Assembly (NCBI GenBank): GCA_003161575.1
Contig: PMOE01000093.1
Span: 45,606 to 109,605 of the forward strand
DNA: 64,000 nucleotides
DNA from: Acidimicrobiaceae bacterium
GTDB taxonomy: Bacteria > Actinomycetota > Acidimicrobiia > Acidimicrobiales > RAAP-2
Direction of reading: 5' to 3'
Under the pieces are notes generated by a model. It made no database searches and was not told the origin of the DNA. It worked only from the letters and a program-made list of their open reading frames with translations. The position numbers and the translations under genes are program-made. Shown here piece by piece: positions 53,547 through 63,956 of the stretch; position 1 is the stretch's first letter, and the number at the start of each line of letters is the position of its first letter.

Positions 53547-53555
53547 CCACCGGGC

Positions 53556-54521
53556 ATGGCCGCCTACGCCAGCATCCTCGAGCTGATCGGCAATACGCCG
53601 ATGGTGGAGGTGAGCCAGCTGAGCCCGAACCCACGGGCCAGGATCCTGGTCAAGCTCGAGGGCAAGAACCCCGGCGGCTCGGTCAAGGACCGGGTCGCCC
53701 TCTCCCTCGTCGAGCGGGCCGAAGAGGACGGGACCCTCGTCCCCGGCCAGCCCGGTCAGGTGCTCATCGAACCGACGTCGGGCAACACCGGCATCGGGTT
53801 GGCCCTCGTCTGCCGGATGAAGGGCTACCACCTAAAGGTGGTCCTGCCGACCAACGTCTCAGTCGAGCGGCGCCAGCTCCTCGAGCTGTGGGGGGCAGAG
53901 ATCATCGAGTCGCCGGGCTCAGAAGGTTCCAATGGGGCAGTTCGCAAGGCCCTGGCCTTGGTAAAAGAACATCCCGAGTGGGTCTTTTTGTACCAGTACG
54001 CCAATCCGGCCAACCCAGCAGCCCATTACGAAGGGACCGGGCCCGAGATCTGGCGGGACTGCCCCGACGTGACCCACCTGGTGGCCGGCCTCGGGACCTC
54101 GGGGACGTTGCTCGGGGCGGGTCGGTTCTTAAAAGAACAGAACCCGGCCGTCCGAGTCTGGGCCGTCGAGCCGCCGGCCGGCGAAATGGTCGACGGACTT
54201 CGGAACCTCGACGACGGCTACATCCCGCCGATCTTCGAGGCGGGCGGCGGGGCCGCCCTCCTCGACCGAAAGATCGTGGTGCGGCCCCGGGAGTCGATCG
54301 AATGGACCCGCTCACTGGCCGAGGTGGGACTGTTCGTCGGCATTTCTTCGGGGGCGGCCATGGCCGGGGCGGCCAAGTGCGCCGCCCAGCTGGACCCGGC
54401 TGATGAGGCGGTGATCGTCGTGGTCTCCGCCGACGACGGCTGGAAGTACCTTTCGACCGGAGCGTGGACCGACGATCTCGACGAGGTCACCGAGCGCGCC
54501 GCGTCGACCATCTACTTCTGA
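53556..54521 (+). CDS. cysM: PLP-dependent cysteine synthase (CysM-type, uses the sulfur-carrier thiocarboxylate)
   Basis: It has the PLP lysine motif KLEGKNPGGSVKDR, SGNTGIGLA and the GTSGT loop GLGTSGTLLG. Its position after cysO matches the mec-cysO-cysM arrangement. Confidence 0.88.
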   Translation: MAAYASILELIGNTPMVEVSQLSPNPRARILVKLEGKNPGGSVKDRVALSLVERAEEDGTLVPGQPGQVLIEPTSGNTGIGLALVCRMKGYHLKVVLPTNVSVERRQLLELWGAEIIESPGSEGSNGAVRKALALVKEHPEWVFLYQYANPANPAAHYEGTGPEIWRDCPDVTHLVAGLGTSGTLLGAGRFLKEQNPAVRVWAVEPPAGEMVDGLRNLDDGYIPPIFEAGGGAALLDRKIVVRPRESIEWTRSLAEVGLFVGISSGAAMAGAAKCAAQLDPADEAVIVVVSADDGWKYLSTGAWTDDLDEVTERAASTIYF

Positions 54522-54541
54522 GATGTCGGGCTCCTTTTGAT

Positions 54542-55273
54542 ATGTCCGACCGACGGCTCACCGTCCTGGGCTGTGACGGCGGCTTCCCCGGGCCCAACGG
54601 GGCCGGGAGCGGTTACCTGGTGCAGGCCGGGGGCACGACGGTGCTTGTCGATGCCGGGCCCGGGACCTTCGCCAACCTCCAGCGGCTCGGCGACCCGGGA
54701 CGGATCGACGGCGTCATTTTGTCCCACGAGCACCCCGATCACTGGAGTGATCTCGAATCCTTCGCCGTCTGGCTTCTCCAGCCCGGTGGCGGCAAGCGCG
54801 TCGACGTCCACGCCCCACCCGGACTCCGTCGCCGCTCGTACTTCGCCGAGTCCCCGGTGCTCGGCTGGCACGAGATCGGCCCCGCCTCTGTCCTGGTCAT
54901 CGGCTCGCTCACGTTGCATTTTTCCACCACCGACCACGGGCCACCGACGCTGGCAGTGCGACTCGACGCGCTCGACGGGGACGCAGCGCTCGCCTATTCG
55001 GCCGACTCGGGACCGGACTGGTCGCTCGACGACCTCGGGCCGGGGATCGGCACCTTCCTCTGCGAGGCCACCTATTTAGCCGGTATGGAGGGGACCAATC
55101 GGCACCTGAGCGGGCGCCAAGCGGGGGTCCTCGCTGCGGCCGGCGGCGTCGGTCGCCTCATCGTCACGCACCGGTCGCCTACGGTGTCGGCCGATGCCCT
55201 GGTCGCCGAAGCCGAAGCGTCGTTCGGCCGGACGGTCGATCAGGCGGTCATCGGTCGGGTGTTCGAATGGTGA
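54542..55273 (+). CDS. MBL-fold metallo-hydrolase
   Basis: ATG 54542 gives [22 protein letters not shown]. The metal motif is [12 protein letters not shown] (HxHxDH). Confidence 0.82.
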   Translation: MSDRRLTVLGCDGGFPGPNGAGSGYLVQAGGTTVLVDAGPGTFANLQRLGDPGRIDGVILSHEHPDHWSDLESFAVWLLQPGGGKRVDVHAPPGLRRRSYFAESPVLGWHEIGPASVLVIGSLTLHFSTTDHGPPTLAVRLDALDGDAALAYSADSGPDWSLDDLGPGIGTFLCEATYLAGMEGTNRHLSGRQAGVLAAAGGVGRLIVTHRSPTVSADALVAEAEASFGRTVDQAVIGRVFEW

Positions 55274-55305
55274 ACTCTCGGACCACGACCAATGAGCACA
55301 GGAGC

Positions 55306-56079
55306 ATGATGGTGACCACCAACCAAGAACAGGCCGATCCGAGGACCTTGCGAGCCGACGGTCGGGCGATCGACGAGCTTCGGCCAGTTTCATTCGAGCG
55401 CGACTTCACCGAGTTCGCCCTCGGATCGGTACTGGTCTCGATGGGGAAGACCAGGGTGCTGTGTACCGCCTCGATCGAAGAACGGGTCCCGCCGTGGATG
55501 CGGGGCAGCGGCAAGGGGTGGGTGACGGCCGAGTACTCGATGTTGCCCGGATCGACGGCCGAGCGGGTCAATCGCGAGGCGGCCAAGGGCAAGCAGTCCG
55601 GACGGACCCAGGAAATCCAGCGCCTCATCGCCCGCTCCCTGCGGGCGGTCTGTGACCTGGTGTTGCTGGGCGAGGTCCAAGTGACCGTCGACTGTGACGT
55701 ACTCCAGGCTGACGGGGGCACCCGGACCGCCTCGATCTGCGGCGGCTACGTCGCCCTCCACGACGCCTTCAGCCGCATGACCCAGTCCGGCAAGCTCGTC
55801 GCGCTCCCGCTGACCGATGCGGTGGCCGCGGTGTCCGTCGGTGTTGTCGACGGCGTCCCCATGCTCGATCTCCCTTACGAAGAGGATTCCCGCGCCGAAG
55901 TCGACATGAACGTGGTCATGAACGGCACAGGACGATTCGTCGAGGTGCAGGGCACGGCCGAGGGCATGGCGTTCAGCCGGGGAGAGCTCGACGAGATGCT
56001 CAGCCTGGCCGAAGCCGGGATCGTCGACCTGGTGGCGGCCCAGGGCGCGGTCGTCAGCGAGCCACCTGCACCGAGGTGA
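55306..56079 (+). CDS. rph: ribonuclease PH
   Basis: The product contains [19 protein letters not shown]...[16 protein letters not shown]...[24 protein letters not shown] precedes the ATG pair at 55306/55309. An in-frame ATG at 55267 is also possible. Confidence 0.92.
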   Translation: MMVTTNQEQADPRTLRADGRAIDELRPVSFERDFTEFALGSVLVSMGKTRVLCTASIEERVPPWMRGSGKGWVTAEYSMLPGSTAERVNREAAKGKQSGRTQEIQRLIARSLRAVCDLVLLGEVQVTVDCDVLQADGGTRTASICGGYVALHDAFSRMTQSGKLVALPLTDAVAAVSVGVVDGVPMLDLPYEEDSRAEVDMNVVMNGTGRFVEVQGTAEGMAFSRGELDEMLSLAEAGIVDLVAAQGAVVSEPPAPR

Positions 56080-56693
56080 GCCGGTTGGCGCTGGTGCTGG
56101 CCACGGCCAACCCTGACAAGGTGGCCGAGATCACGGCCATTCTTTCCACGTCCGAATCGCTCGAGCTGTTGGCCCGCCCGGCCGAGGTCGAAGAGGTCGA
56201 AGAGACCGGCGCCACCCTCGTCGAGAACGCCGGGCTCAAGGCCCGGGCCCTCTGTGTTGCCACCGGGAAGGCGGCGGTGGCCGACGACACCGGGCTTGAG
56301 GTCGACGCCCTGGGCGGAGCGCCCGGGGTCTACTCGGCCCGCTTCGCCGGAGAGGGCGCCACCTACGCCGACAACGTGGTCAAACTGCTGGGCGAGCTCG
56401 CGGCGTTGGCCGACGAGGGGGGGGAGCGCCGGGCCCGGTTCACGACGGTGGCCCTGGTGACCTTCCCCGATGGCCAGGAGGTCTGGGCGCAGGGCAACGT
56501 TGAAGGACGCATCACCGCCGAGCCCCGCGGCACCGGTGGTTTCGGCTATGACCCGGTTTTCGCGCCCGACGAGGGCGACGGGCGGACCTTCGCCGAGATG
56601 TCGATCGAGGAGAAGCACGCCTGCTCGCATCGGGGCCGGGCTTTTAGGGCCCTCGCCAAGGTCCTGGCCGAGCGGCCCACTGACAGGATGTGA
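56076..56693 (+). CDS. rdgB: RdgB/HAM1 non-canonical purine NTP pyrophosphatase
   Basis: GTG overlaps the rph stop (GTGA). The product contains [14 protein letters not shown]...[21 protein letters not shown]...[11 protein letters not shown]...SHRGRA. Confidence 0.92.
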   Translation: MSRLALVLATANPDKVAEITAILSTSESLELLARPAEVEEVEETGATLVENAGLKARALCVATGKAAVADDTGLEVDALGGAPGVYSARFAGEGATYADNVVKLLGELAALADEGGERRARFTTVALVTFPDGQEVWAQGNVEGRITAEPRGTGGFGYDPVFAPDEGDGRTFAEMSIEEKHACSHRGRAFRALAKVLAERPTDRM

Positions 56694-56780
56694 GGACCGT
56701 GGCATAGTCTCCTTTTCGCGAGGCAGTGGGATCGTCGGGCCCGGGGCACGCGACAAGCAGGGGTACGGGGGTACGCAGGC

Positions 56781-58037
56781 ATGGCCAAGGAGGCGGCGTC
56801 CTTGGATCACGAAGTAGTGGACGCCCCGTTTACTCCTGCGCTCTCCATTCGCCGGCTCGGGGCGATGAGCGGCTTTTTGAGTGAGTCGGTGCTCCTCGTC
56901 GACACCAACAGGCGCATCGTCGCCGCCCTCGGGCCATCGAGCGGGGTGCTCGGCCACCCCGACCAGACCGGAAACGGGGTGCTCGACGACACCCACCCCG
57001 ATGACCTGCCCAAGGCCTTGGCCGTCATCGATCGGGTGCTGACGAGGCCGTGGTCCGAAGGCACCTATCGGGCCCGGGCCCGACACATCGACGGCACGTG
57101 GCGGATCCTCGAGACCTGGGTCTCCAACCGGACCGAGGATCCAGAACTGGCCGCCCTCGTCGTCCGTGCCCGAGACGCCACCTTCGACGAGGCGACGAGT
57201 CCGGAGGTCTTTGGTTCCCTGACCGACGTCGTCCCGATCCCCGTGGTCGCCGCCGACCGCAAGGGTCTGCTCATGTACGGCAACGCCGCTGCCCGCGAGC
57301 TCATGGGTTTTGATCCAGCCGTCGAAGGCGGTTCAGCGTGGGCCAAGGCGATCGACGAACCCGACCGCCTCGCCATGGTCGAGATGCTCGGTCGGTTGAA
57401 GAACCCCGGCGACGAGACATCGATGCTCTTCGCGGTCACCCTCGAAGGCCGGGGCCGACGGTGGATCCGGGCCCGGGTTCGTCGGGCCGAGCCGGGCGGT
57501 CCGGCTGGTTGGGTCGCCACATTGGTCGATGACACCGATCAGGTGCTGGTCGAAGACGAACTCCGGCGACGAGCCACCCGGGACGCCCTGACCGGGCTTC
57601 CCAATCGCCAGGCCATGTTCGAGCACCTCAACGGCGCGTTGTCCGCCCCAACAGGCGCTGGCGTCGCGGTCATCTTCTTCGATCTCGACGGGTTCAAACA
57701 CGTCAATGACATCCACGGACACGCGACCGGTGATCGGCTGCTCGTCGCGGTGGCCGAGGGCCTGACCGCAGAATTGCGGGGTTCGGACCTGGTGGCGAGG
57801 GTAGGAGGAGACGAGTTCGTCGCGGTGTGCCCGGACTGCGGACCAAAGACGGCCCAGTCCACCGCGCTCCGACTGGCGGGGGCGGTTGCCGCGGCCACGG
57901 TCGATCACGCGCAGGTCCGCGCCAGTTTCGGAGTGGCAACGTCACCGCCCGCCCCGAACGACGCCACGTTGCTCATGGAGCTCGCTGACCGGGACATGTA
58001 TCAGCGTCGGGCGCGGCCCCCTGAGCCCACCTTGTAG
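56781..58037 (+). CDS. PAS-domain diguanylate cyclase (GGDEF)
   Basis: It has two PAS-like regions followed by DALTGLPNRQAM...FFDLDGFKHVNDIHGHATGD...RGSDLVARVGGDEFVAV. The active-site GGDEF is present, with an RxxD I-site 5 residues upstream. Confidence 0.88.
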   Translation: MAKEAASLDHEVVDAPFTPALSIRRLGAMSGFLSESVLLVDTNRRIVAALGPSSGVLGHPDQTGNGVLDDTHPDDLPKALAVIDRVLTRPWSEGTYRARARHIDGTWRILETWVSNRTEDPELAALVVRARDATFDEATSPEVFGSLTDVVPIPVVAADRKGLLMYGNAAARELMGFDPAVEGGSAWAKAIDEPDRLAMVEMLGRLKNPGDETSMLFAVTLEGRGRRWIRARVRRAEPGGPAGWVATLVDDTDQVLVEDELRRRATRDALTGLPNRQAMFEHLNGALSAPTGAGVAVIFFDLDGFKHVNDIHGHATGDRLLVAVAEGLTAELRGSDLVARVGGDEFVAVCPDCGPKTAQSTALRLAGAVAAATVDHAQVRASFGVATSPPAPNDATLLMELADRDMYQRRARPPEPTL

Positions 58038-58062
58038 GGTCGAGCGTTGCGAGGGAGGGCAC

Positions 58063-59271
58063 ATGGCGTACAACTCGACCCGGGTGATCCACGACGCAGA
58101 TGCTCACATCATGGAGCCACCGGGCTGGTTGCGCGGTTACGCCGACCCCGAGGTCCGCGACCGGATCGCGCCACTGACGTTTCGCAGCGGAAACGAGCTG
58201 CGTCAGACCGGCGACCCCGACGAGCAGCGGCGTAATCTCGAGGCTGCGTTCGACACCTTGCGCGAGCGCCACGGTTCCCCCGAGTACCGGACCACCGAGG
58301 CAGTCGAGATCATGAGCCGCAAGAACTTTGCCGCTACCGGTTCGTTCATCGCCGAAGACCGCCCGCGCGCTCTCGATCTCCTGGGTTTTTCGAGCCAGCT
58401 TGTGTTCAACACCTTCCACAACCGCCGGCTGCACGACTGGGAGCATTCGGGCGATCTCGACCTGGCCTACGGCGGGGCGCGAGCCCACAACCGGGGCATG
58501 GTGGAGTTCTGTTCGGTCGACGCCCGGCTCCTGCCCACCTGTTACGTCCCCCTCGCCGATTTCGAACGGGCCGCGTCCATGGCCGGCGAGGCGATTGACC
58601 TCGGGGCGGCCGCACTACTGGTGGCTTCTGGTTGTCCGCCCGGCCACTCGCCCAGCCACCGTGGCCTTGATCCGGTCTGGGCCCAGGCCCAAGAGGCGGG
58701 CCTGCCGGTCGTCTTCCATGTGGGTGGGACCGGTGACCTCATCGATCCGAACTACTTTGTCAACGGCCTGCCGATCCCGCCGGACTTCCACGGGGGCGAC
58801 GAGAACTTCCGCTCCGTCGATTACATGGGCATCCCTGGGCCGCCGGCCCAGACGCTGGCCACCATGATCTTCGACGGTGTCTTCGAGCGCTTCTCGAATC
58901 TGCGTGTGGGGGTTATCGAGCAGGGGGCCATCTGGGTGCCCTCGTGGCTGCGCCAGATGGAGGCGGCGTTCGACGCGTTTGTTCGCCACGAGGATCGGCT
59001 TTCGGACTTGGCCCTGCGCCCGAGCGAGTACGTGCGCCGCCAGGTCCGTTTCACACCGTATCCGACCGAGGACGTGGGCTGGATCATCAAAGAGAGCGGA
59101 CCCGAGGTGGCCATGTTCTCCTCGGACTACCCCCACGTTGAAGGCGGCCGCAAGCCGCTCGAGCACTTCGCGGCATCATTGGCGGACACCGACGAGGGCG
59201 CGCAACAACGTTTCTACGTCGACAACTTCGTCGATCTGCTCGGCAGCGCAGCTCGGGCATTGGCGGCCTGA
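58063..59271 (+). CDS. amidohydrolase-2 (ACMSD-like) family metal-dependent hydrolase
   Basis: ATG 58063 follows GAGGGAGGG. The product contains VIHDADAHIMEP...VVFHVGG...MFSSDYPHVEG. The track ORF start at 57886 overlaps the GGDEF gene. Confidence 0.72.
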   Translation: MAYNSTRVIHDADAHIMEPPGWLRGYADPEVRDRIAPLTFRSGNELRQTGDPDEQRRNLEAAFDTLRERHGSPEYRTTEAVEIMSRKNFAATGSFIAEDRPRALDLLGFSSQLVFNTFHNRRLHDWEHSGDLDLAYGGARAHNRGMVEFCSVDARLLPTCYVPLADFERAASMAGEAIDLGAAALLVASGCPPGHSPSHRGLDPVWAQAQEAGLPVVFHVGGTGDLIDPNYFVNGLPIPPDFHGGDENFRSVDYMGIPGPPAQTLATMIFDGVFERFSNLRVGVIEQGAIWVPSWLRQMEAAFDAFVRHEDRLSDLALRPSEYVRRQVRFTPYPTEDVGWIIKESGPEVAMFSSDYPHVEGGRKPLEHFAASLADTDEGAQQRFYVDNFVDLLGSAARALAA

Positions 59272-59284
59272 TCTCGACACGACG

Positions 59285-60109
59285 TCAGTCACGCGGTGCC
59301 ACCACGAGGCTCTGCAGCGATCGGCCGATCGGGCCGTGCACATCGAACAGCCGTGAATGGGCGACCGCCCTCCCCGGCGTTCCGAGCCTGGTCGACGCGT
59401 CGAGGCAGATCCATTCTCCGACCGGTGGCCGCTCGAGATACACCGTCAGGTCGGGATTGATGAACACGTATCGCTCGAAGGGGATCACGGCGCTCACTCC
59501 GTTGCCGAAGTCGGCGGCGGCAACGGCCCGCTGGAGCGGGCTCGGGGTTTCGCCCTCGATGACCGGCACGGCCAAGCGGACCCAGACTTGTGCCGGTCCG
59601 AGCTCGCCACCGTCACCGTCGACAAAACGGAGGTGGGCACCTTCTGAGAGAAAGCCCCGGTAGCGGTGGAACAGGGGCGCCTGGTTGTCCGCCTGCTCGG
59701 GGAGGCGGGGAGCTGGGGGTCCGTGGCCCGGGACCGGACCCGGTGATGGGTGCTCGAGGACCGCGGTGTCCGCGGAGATCCGGCGGATGCGCAGTGCTCG
59801 GGCCCAGGCCAGGTCCCGGCCCTGCGCTGAGACGCCGACGTCAACGATCTGGACCCGGCGCCCCGGTCTGGTGACCGCGGCGGTGACGGTCAGAGGGACG
59901 AGGGGCACGGGGCGCAAGAGGTCGAGCGTGAGGCGGGTCACCCCCATGTCATCATCGGGTTCGCAGCGCTCGACGGCGCGGGCGACCAGGGCGGCGACCG
60001 GGCCGCCGTGGAGGGCGTCGGGATCCCAAGGACCGCGTGAGAAGTCGGTCGGGACCCAGTCCTCGCCGTGCGATTCGAAGAGGGCGCCGACAACCGACGG
60101 GGGCGCCAT
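59285..60109 (-). CDS. acyl-CoA thioesterase (double hotdog, TesB-like)
   Basis: The 274-aa product reads PWDPDALHGGPVAALVARAVE...LTLDLLRPVPL...DFGNGVS...INPDLTVYLERPPVGEWICL, the family pattern. Confidence 0.68.
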   Translation of the reverse strand: MAPPSVVGALFESHGEDWVPTDFSRGPWDPDALHGGPVAALVARAVERCEPDDDMGVTRLTLDLLRPVPLVPLTVTAAVTRPGRRVQIVDVGVSAQGRDLAWARALRIRRISADTAVLEHPSPGPVPGHGPPAPRLPEQADNQAPLFHRYRGFLSEGAHLRFVDGDGGELGPAQVWVRLAVPVIEGETPSPLQRAVAAADFGNGVSAVIPFERYVFINPDLTVYLERPPVGEWICLDASTRLGTPGRAVAHSRLFDVHGPIGRSLQSLVVAPRD

Positions 60110-60113
60110 CGGC

Positions 60114-60677
60114 TCAGGGAGTGTCTTGGGCTGGCTTCACCGGTCGCCAGAAGGTGAGGAGCAACAAGGCGCAACCGCCGCCGCCGCCGATGAGTGTGAT
60201 GGCGAGGCCGGGCCACCCCCACAGGCGCTGGAGGGCGTCGACGTGCCCGTCGACACTCCAATGCCCCGGGCCGAGGATCCCGACCACGATGCCCATCATC
60301 GTGAGGGTCATCACGTATTCCCAGCCCTCGCCCGGACGGAAGATGAAGAAGCCGTTCGTCCGGTGGTTGGTGATCCAGGCGACCAACATGACACCAACGA
60401 CCCCGGCCGCGGCGACCGGGGTGAGGAGCCCGAGCACCAACAGCGCGCCGGCCCCGATCTCGGTCAGGCTCGCGGTCCAGGCGTGCAGGATCCCCGGCTT
60501 CATGCCGAGGCTCTCGAACCACCGGCCGGTGCCGGCGATCTTGCCGCCGCCGTAGATGTGATTGATGCCGTGGGCCAAAAAGACCGCGCCGAGGCTGAGG
60601 CGCAGGATCAGCAGGGCCAGGTCGATCGAGCTGCCGGTCAGGCCGCCCAATGTGCTCAGATGGCTGAGGGGGATCAC
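60114..60677 (-). CDS. DoxX family membrane protein
   Basis: GTG start. It has four TM segments, LALLILRLSLGAVFLAHGINHI...FESLGMKPG...EIGAGALLVLGLLTPVAAA. Confidence 0.8.
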   Translation of the reverse strand: MIPLSHLSTLGGLTGSSIDLALLILRLSLGAVFLAHGINHIYGGGKIAGTGRWFESLGMKPGILHAWTASLTEIGAGALLVLGLLTPVAAAGVVGVMLVAWITNHRTNGFFIFRPGEGWEYVMTLTMMGIVVGILGPGHWSVDGHVDALQRLWGWPGLAITLIGGGGGCALLLLTFWRPVKPAQDTP

Positions 60678-60950
60678 GTCGCTACCTTTCGTACGAATCG
60701 TTCGGGGCGCTCGGTCGCCGGAGTGTACGCCGCCTTCTGGGCACGCTCAGCGGATGCGCAATGGTCGAAAATTCCGGCACGGGCGACACGATAACCGCCC
60801 CGTTGCCCGAAGCCCCCGAACGGCCACCGAGAGCAGATGGGCGCTCGGTCGGGCGCGCCCGCTACGTTTGAGGCCTGCATCGGCGGACCGACCGATGCCT
60901 GCGACCCGGCCCCGGCCGAGGCGCAGCAGGGTGATCGGAGAGGAGCCACG

Positions 60951-61466
60951 GTGAGCGAAGGGGCGGGGAGCGACGAGGAGATCTTGAAGGGCATCATCGG
61001 GCAACCGACGGGGAAGTCCACGGTGGTGATCGAGCGCGGACCGGTGTCGTTCTTCGCCGATGCGGTCTTGGAGCAAAGCCCGATCTACAAGGACCCAGGC
61101 GCGGCCCAGGCCGTCGGTCTGGCCAACATCCCGGCCCCTCCGACCTTCGCCTTTGCCGTTGAGAACTGGGGGAAGTTCCCTGAGCTCCAGCCGACCGACG
61201 CCTTGAAGGGCAGTCCCCTCATGACCGCTCTCGGGCCGCTCATCGCCAAAGGCGGGATCATCCTCCACGGCGAGCAGGAGTTCGTCTATCACCGCCCCGT
61301 GGTGGTGGGCGACGTGCTGGTGGGGGAGGGAACCGTGGTCGACGCGTACCAAAAAGAGTCCAAGGGCAAGACCATGACCTTCGTGGTCTCAGAAACGACC
61401 TTCGTCGACCAAAAGTCGGGCGATCCGGTCGTGACCGCCCGCTTCAACGTCCTGCACCGCATCTGA
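60951..61466 (+). CDS. MaoC-like (hotdog) hydratase subunit, N-terminal-type
   Basis: GTG 60951 follows GGAGAGGAG. The product contains ...VVIERGPVSFFADAVLEQSPIYKD...PAPPTFAF...ILHGEQEFVYHRPVVVGDVL. Confidence 0.75.
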   Translation: MSEGAGSDEEILKGIIGQPTGKSTVVIERGPVSFFADAVLEQSPIYKDPGAAQAVGLANIPAPPTFAFAVENWGKFPELQPTDALKGSPLMTALGPLIAKGGIILHGEQEFVYHRPVVVGDVLVGEGTVVDAYQKESKGKTMTFVVSETTFVDQKSGDPVVTARFNVLHRI

Positions 61467-61572
61467 CTTGGCCCGAACCGGTGGTGTTGCACCCGGGGAT
61501 GCGGGGTGATCCCCGGACCGATGTGCCAGGAGAACAACTTCTTGTGAGGCCAGATCGGACGGAGTCCTCGTC

Positions 61573-63834
61573 GTGCCCATTGGGGTGAGCGAGGAGCACG
61601 AGGAGCTGCGGCGGGGACTCAGGCGGTGGACCGAGCGTCATTGCCCGAGCGAGGTGGTCCGGGCGCGTCTCGACGATGACGACGAGTCCCTCCCGCCGTT
61701 CTGGGGCGACATCGTCGAACAGGGCTGGCTGGCCATCGCCGTGGGCGAAGAACTGGGGGGCCAGGGCTTCGGGATCCTCGAGCTGGCCGTCGTCGCAGAA
61801 GAGCTCGGGCGCGTGGTGGCCCCCGGGCCCTTTGTCCCGACGGCGCTGGCCGCCTCGGTCATCGCCCGGGGAGCGGAGGGGACCCAGGCCAAGGCCCTGC
61901 TGGGCCCACTGGTCGATGGCGCAACCCCGGGGTGTGTGGCCGTCGGTCTCGACCACACCGAGCGCCCGGTCGGATGTCGGGGCGCTGACGGCATCCTCAC
62001 GGTGACCGGCACCGTCCCGGCGGTCCTCGGCGCCGGCCTGGCCGGCCTGGCCGTCCTGCCGGTCACCGCAGCCACCCCCGAGGGGATCACCACCCACTGG
62101 TGTGTGGTGGACCTCGTCGATGCCCACGGGGGACCCGCACCCGGGGTGACGGTGCGGGCCCGCTCGTGCCTTGACCTCACCCGGCGGTCGGCCGAGCTTC
62201 GTTTCGACGACGTCGCCGTCGCCCACGAGCGGGTGCTCGAGGGGGTATCGGACAACGAGGTGGCCGACCTGGCCCTGGTCCTCGCCGCAGCCGAACTCAC
62301 CGGCAGCGCCCGCTGGTGCCTCGAGACGGCGACGGACTACGCCCGCACCCGGGTCCAATTCGGTCGGCCGATCGGCCAGTTCCAAGGGGTGAAGCACAAG
62401 CTCGCCACCCTCTTGACCGTGGTCGAGCAGATGACGGCGGCCACCTGGGACGCCGCGCTCGCCCTCGACGGCGAAGACCGAGACCAGGCCCACCTTTCGG
62501 CCGCCGCGGCGGCGGCCCTGGCCCTCGAAGGTGGCGTCCGGGCGGCCAAAGATGCCATCCAAGTGCTCGGCGGCATGGGCTTCACCTGGGAGCACGACGC
62601 CCACCTGCACCTTCGGCGGGCTGCCACGTTGCGCCAGCTTCTGGGCGGCGCCCGTCGCCAGCGCTGCGCGGTGGCCGGTCTGGCCTTGGCTGGGATCCGG
62701 CGGTCCCTGGCCGTCGAACTGCCCGCAGAAGCGGCCGAACCCCTCCGAGCCGAGCTGGCCCCGGTGGTGGCCGAGGTGGCGGCGGCCGAGGTAGACGACC
62801 AGCGCCGGGTGCTCGGTGAGCGGGGCCTGCTTTTCCCGCACTGGCCGGCCCCCTACGGACGTGATGCCGGTCCGGTCGAACAATTGGTGATCGACGAGCT
62901 CTTGGCCGCCGCCGGCGTGCGACGCCCCCCGGCGCACGTCGCCGCTTGGGCTCTGCCCACCCTCATCTCCGTCGGGACGCCCGAACAGCGAGAGCGCTTC
63001 GTCGTGCCCACGCTGCGGGGGGAACTGCTCTGGTGCCAGTTGTTCAGCGAGCCCGGAGCGGGGAGTGACCTGGCCGCGCTCAGCACCCGGGCCACCCGGG
63101 CCGAGGGAGGCTGGGTGCTCACGGGCCAGAAGGTCTGGACCTCGGTCGCCGCCCGGGCCGACGTTGGGATCTGCTTGGCCCGTACCGATCCCGGGGCCCC
63201 GAAGCACGCCGGGATCACGTACTTCGTCGTCGACATGCACTCTGCGGGCATCGAGGTGCGACCGCTGCGCGAGGTCACCGGCGACGCGCTGTTCAACGAG
63301 GTGTTCTTCACCGATCTGTTCGTTCCCGACGACTGCGTGGTGGGCGAGGTCAACGGCGGCTGGCGATTGGCCCGCACGACGCTCGCCAACGAACGGGTGT
63401 CCCTCGCGTCGGACACCGCCTTCGGTGGCTCCCTCGAGGCTCTCCTCGGCTTGGCCGCCGCCGAACAGAGTGCCTTGGACCCGGGCGACCTCGATGCGCT
63501 CGGTCGCCTGCTCGTCGACGCCCAGTCGCTGGCCGTCATGGGTCAGCGGGCCACCATGCGGTCGGTCTCGGGGCTCGAGCCCGGGCCCGAGTCGAGCGTG
63601 CGCAAGCTCATCGGGGCCGAGCACGAACAGCGGGTGGCTGATTTCGGTCTTGAGCGTTGCGGCCAGCTCGGGGTCTACCTCGATGACACCTCGGCCTACT
63701 GGGCGCGTTCGTTTCTGCACACCCTGTGCCTGACCATCGCCGGGGGGACGAGTGAGGTCCAGCGCAACGTGATCGGCGAGCGCCTGCTCGGGCTGCCCCG
63801 GGACCCCGAGCCCGCGTCGAGGCTTGGGCCCTAG
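61573..63834 (+). CDS. fused double acyl-CoA dehydrogenase (two ACAD modules in one 753-aa chain)
   Basis: The N-module reads ...FGILELAVVAEELGR...RVQFGRPIGQFQGVKHKLA...GGMGFTWEHDAHLHLRRA. The C-module reads ...WCQLFSEPGAGSDLAAL...KVWTSVA...TIAGGTSEVQRNVIGERLLGLP. Confidence 0.85.
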   Translation: MPIGVSEEHEELRRGLRRWTERHCPSEVVRARLDDDDESLPPFWGDIVEQGWLAIAVGEELGGQGFGILELAVVAEELGRVVAPGPFVPTALAASVIARGAEGTQAKALLGPLVDGATPGCVAVGLDHTERPVGCRGADGILTVTGTVPAVLGAGLAGLAVLPVTAATPEGITTHWCVVDLVDAHGGPAPGVTVRARSCLDLTRRSAELRFDDVAVAHERVLEGVSDNEVADLALVLAAAELTGSARWCLETATDYARTRVQFGRPIGQFQGVKHKLATLLTVVEQMTAATWDAALALDGEDRDQAHLSAAAAAALALEGGVRAAKDAIQVLGGMGFTWEHDAHLHLRRAATLRQLLGGARRQRCAVAGLALAGIRRSLAVELPAEAAEPLRAELAPVVAEVAAAEVDDQRRVLGERGLLFPHWPAPYGRDAGPVEQLVIDELLAAAGVRRPPAHVAAWALPTLISVGTPEQRERFVVPTLRGELLWCQLFSEPGAGSDLAALSTRATRAEGGWVLTGQKVWTSVAARADVGICLARTDPGAPKHAGITYFVVDMHSAGIEVRPLREVTGDALFNEVFFTDLFVPDDCVVGEVNGGWRLARTTLANERVSLASDTAFGGSLEALLGLAAAEQSALDPGDLDALGRLLVDAQSLAVMGQRATMRSVSGLEPGPESSVRKLIGAEHEQRVADFGLERCGQLGVYLDDTSAYWARSFLHTLCLTIAGGTSEVQRNVIGERLLGLPRDPEPASRLGP

Positions 63835-63956
63835 CCCGAGCGATCGGTCGGCCCTGGCCGAAGAGGCGGGGAGGGGCCCGCACTCGGTAGGGTGGCGGGC
63901 ACCAGGGTCGGCGTGCCACGCTACCCACGCCAGCAGCTCCAAAAGGGGGTCGTGAG

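Noticed and set aside
60688-60697. Perfect 10-bp palindrome TTCGTACGAA 11 nt upstream of the DoxX start
   Set aside because: It is short, occurs once, overlaps the likely ribosome-binding region, and no regulator gene is adjacent. It could easily be chance.
61444-63942. 832-aa ORF on the minus strand spanning the whole acyl-CoA dehydrogenase gene
   Set aside because: It is exactly antisense to a gene with clear ACAD motifs. Its translation is Arg/Gly/Pro/Asp-rich low-complexity sequence with no family signature. Long stop-free antisense frames are expected at this GC content.
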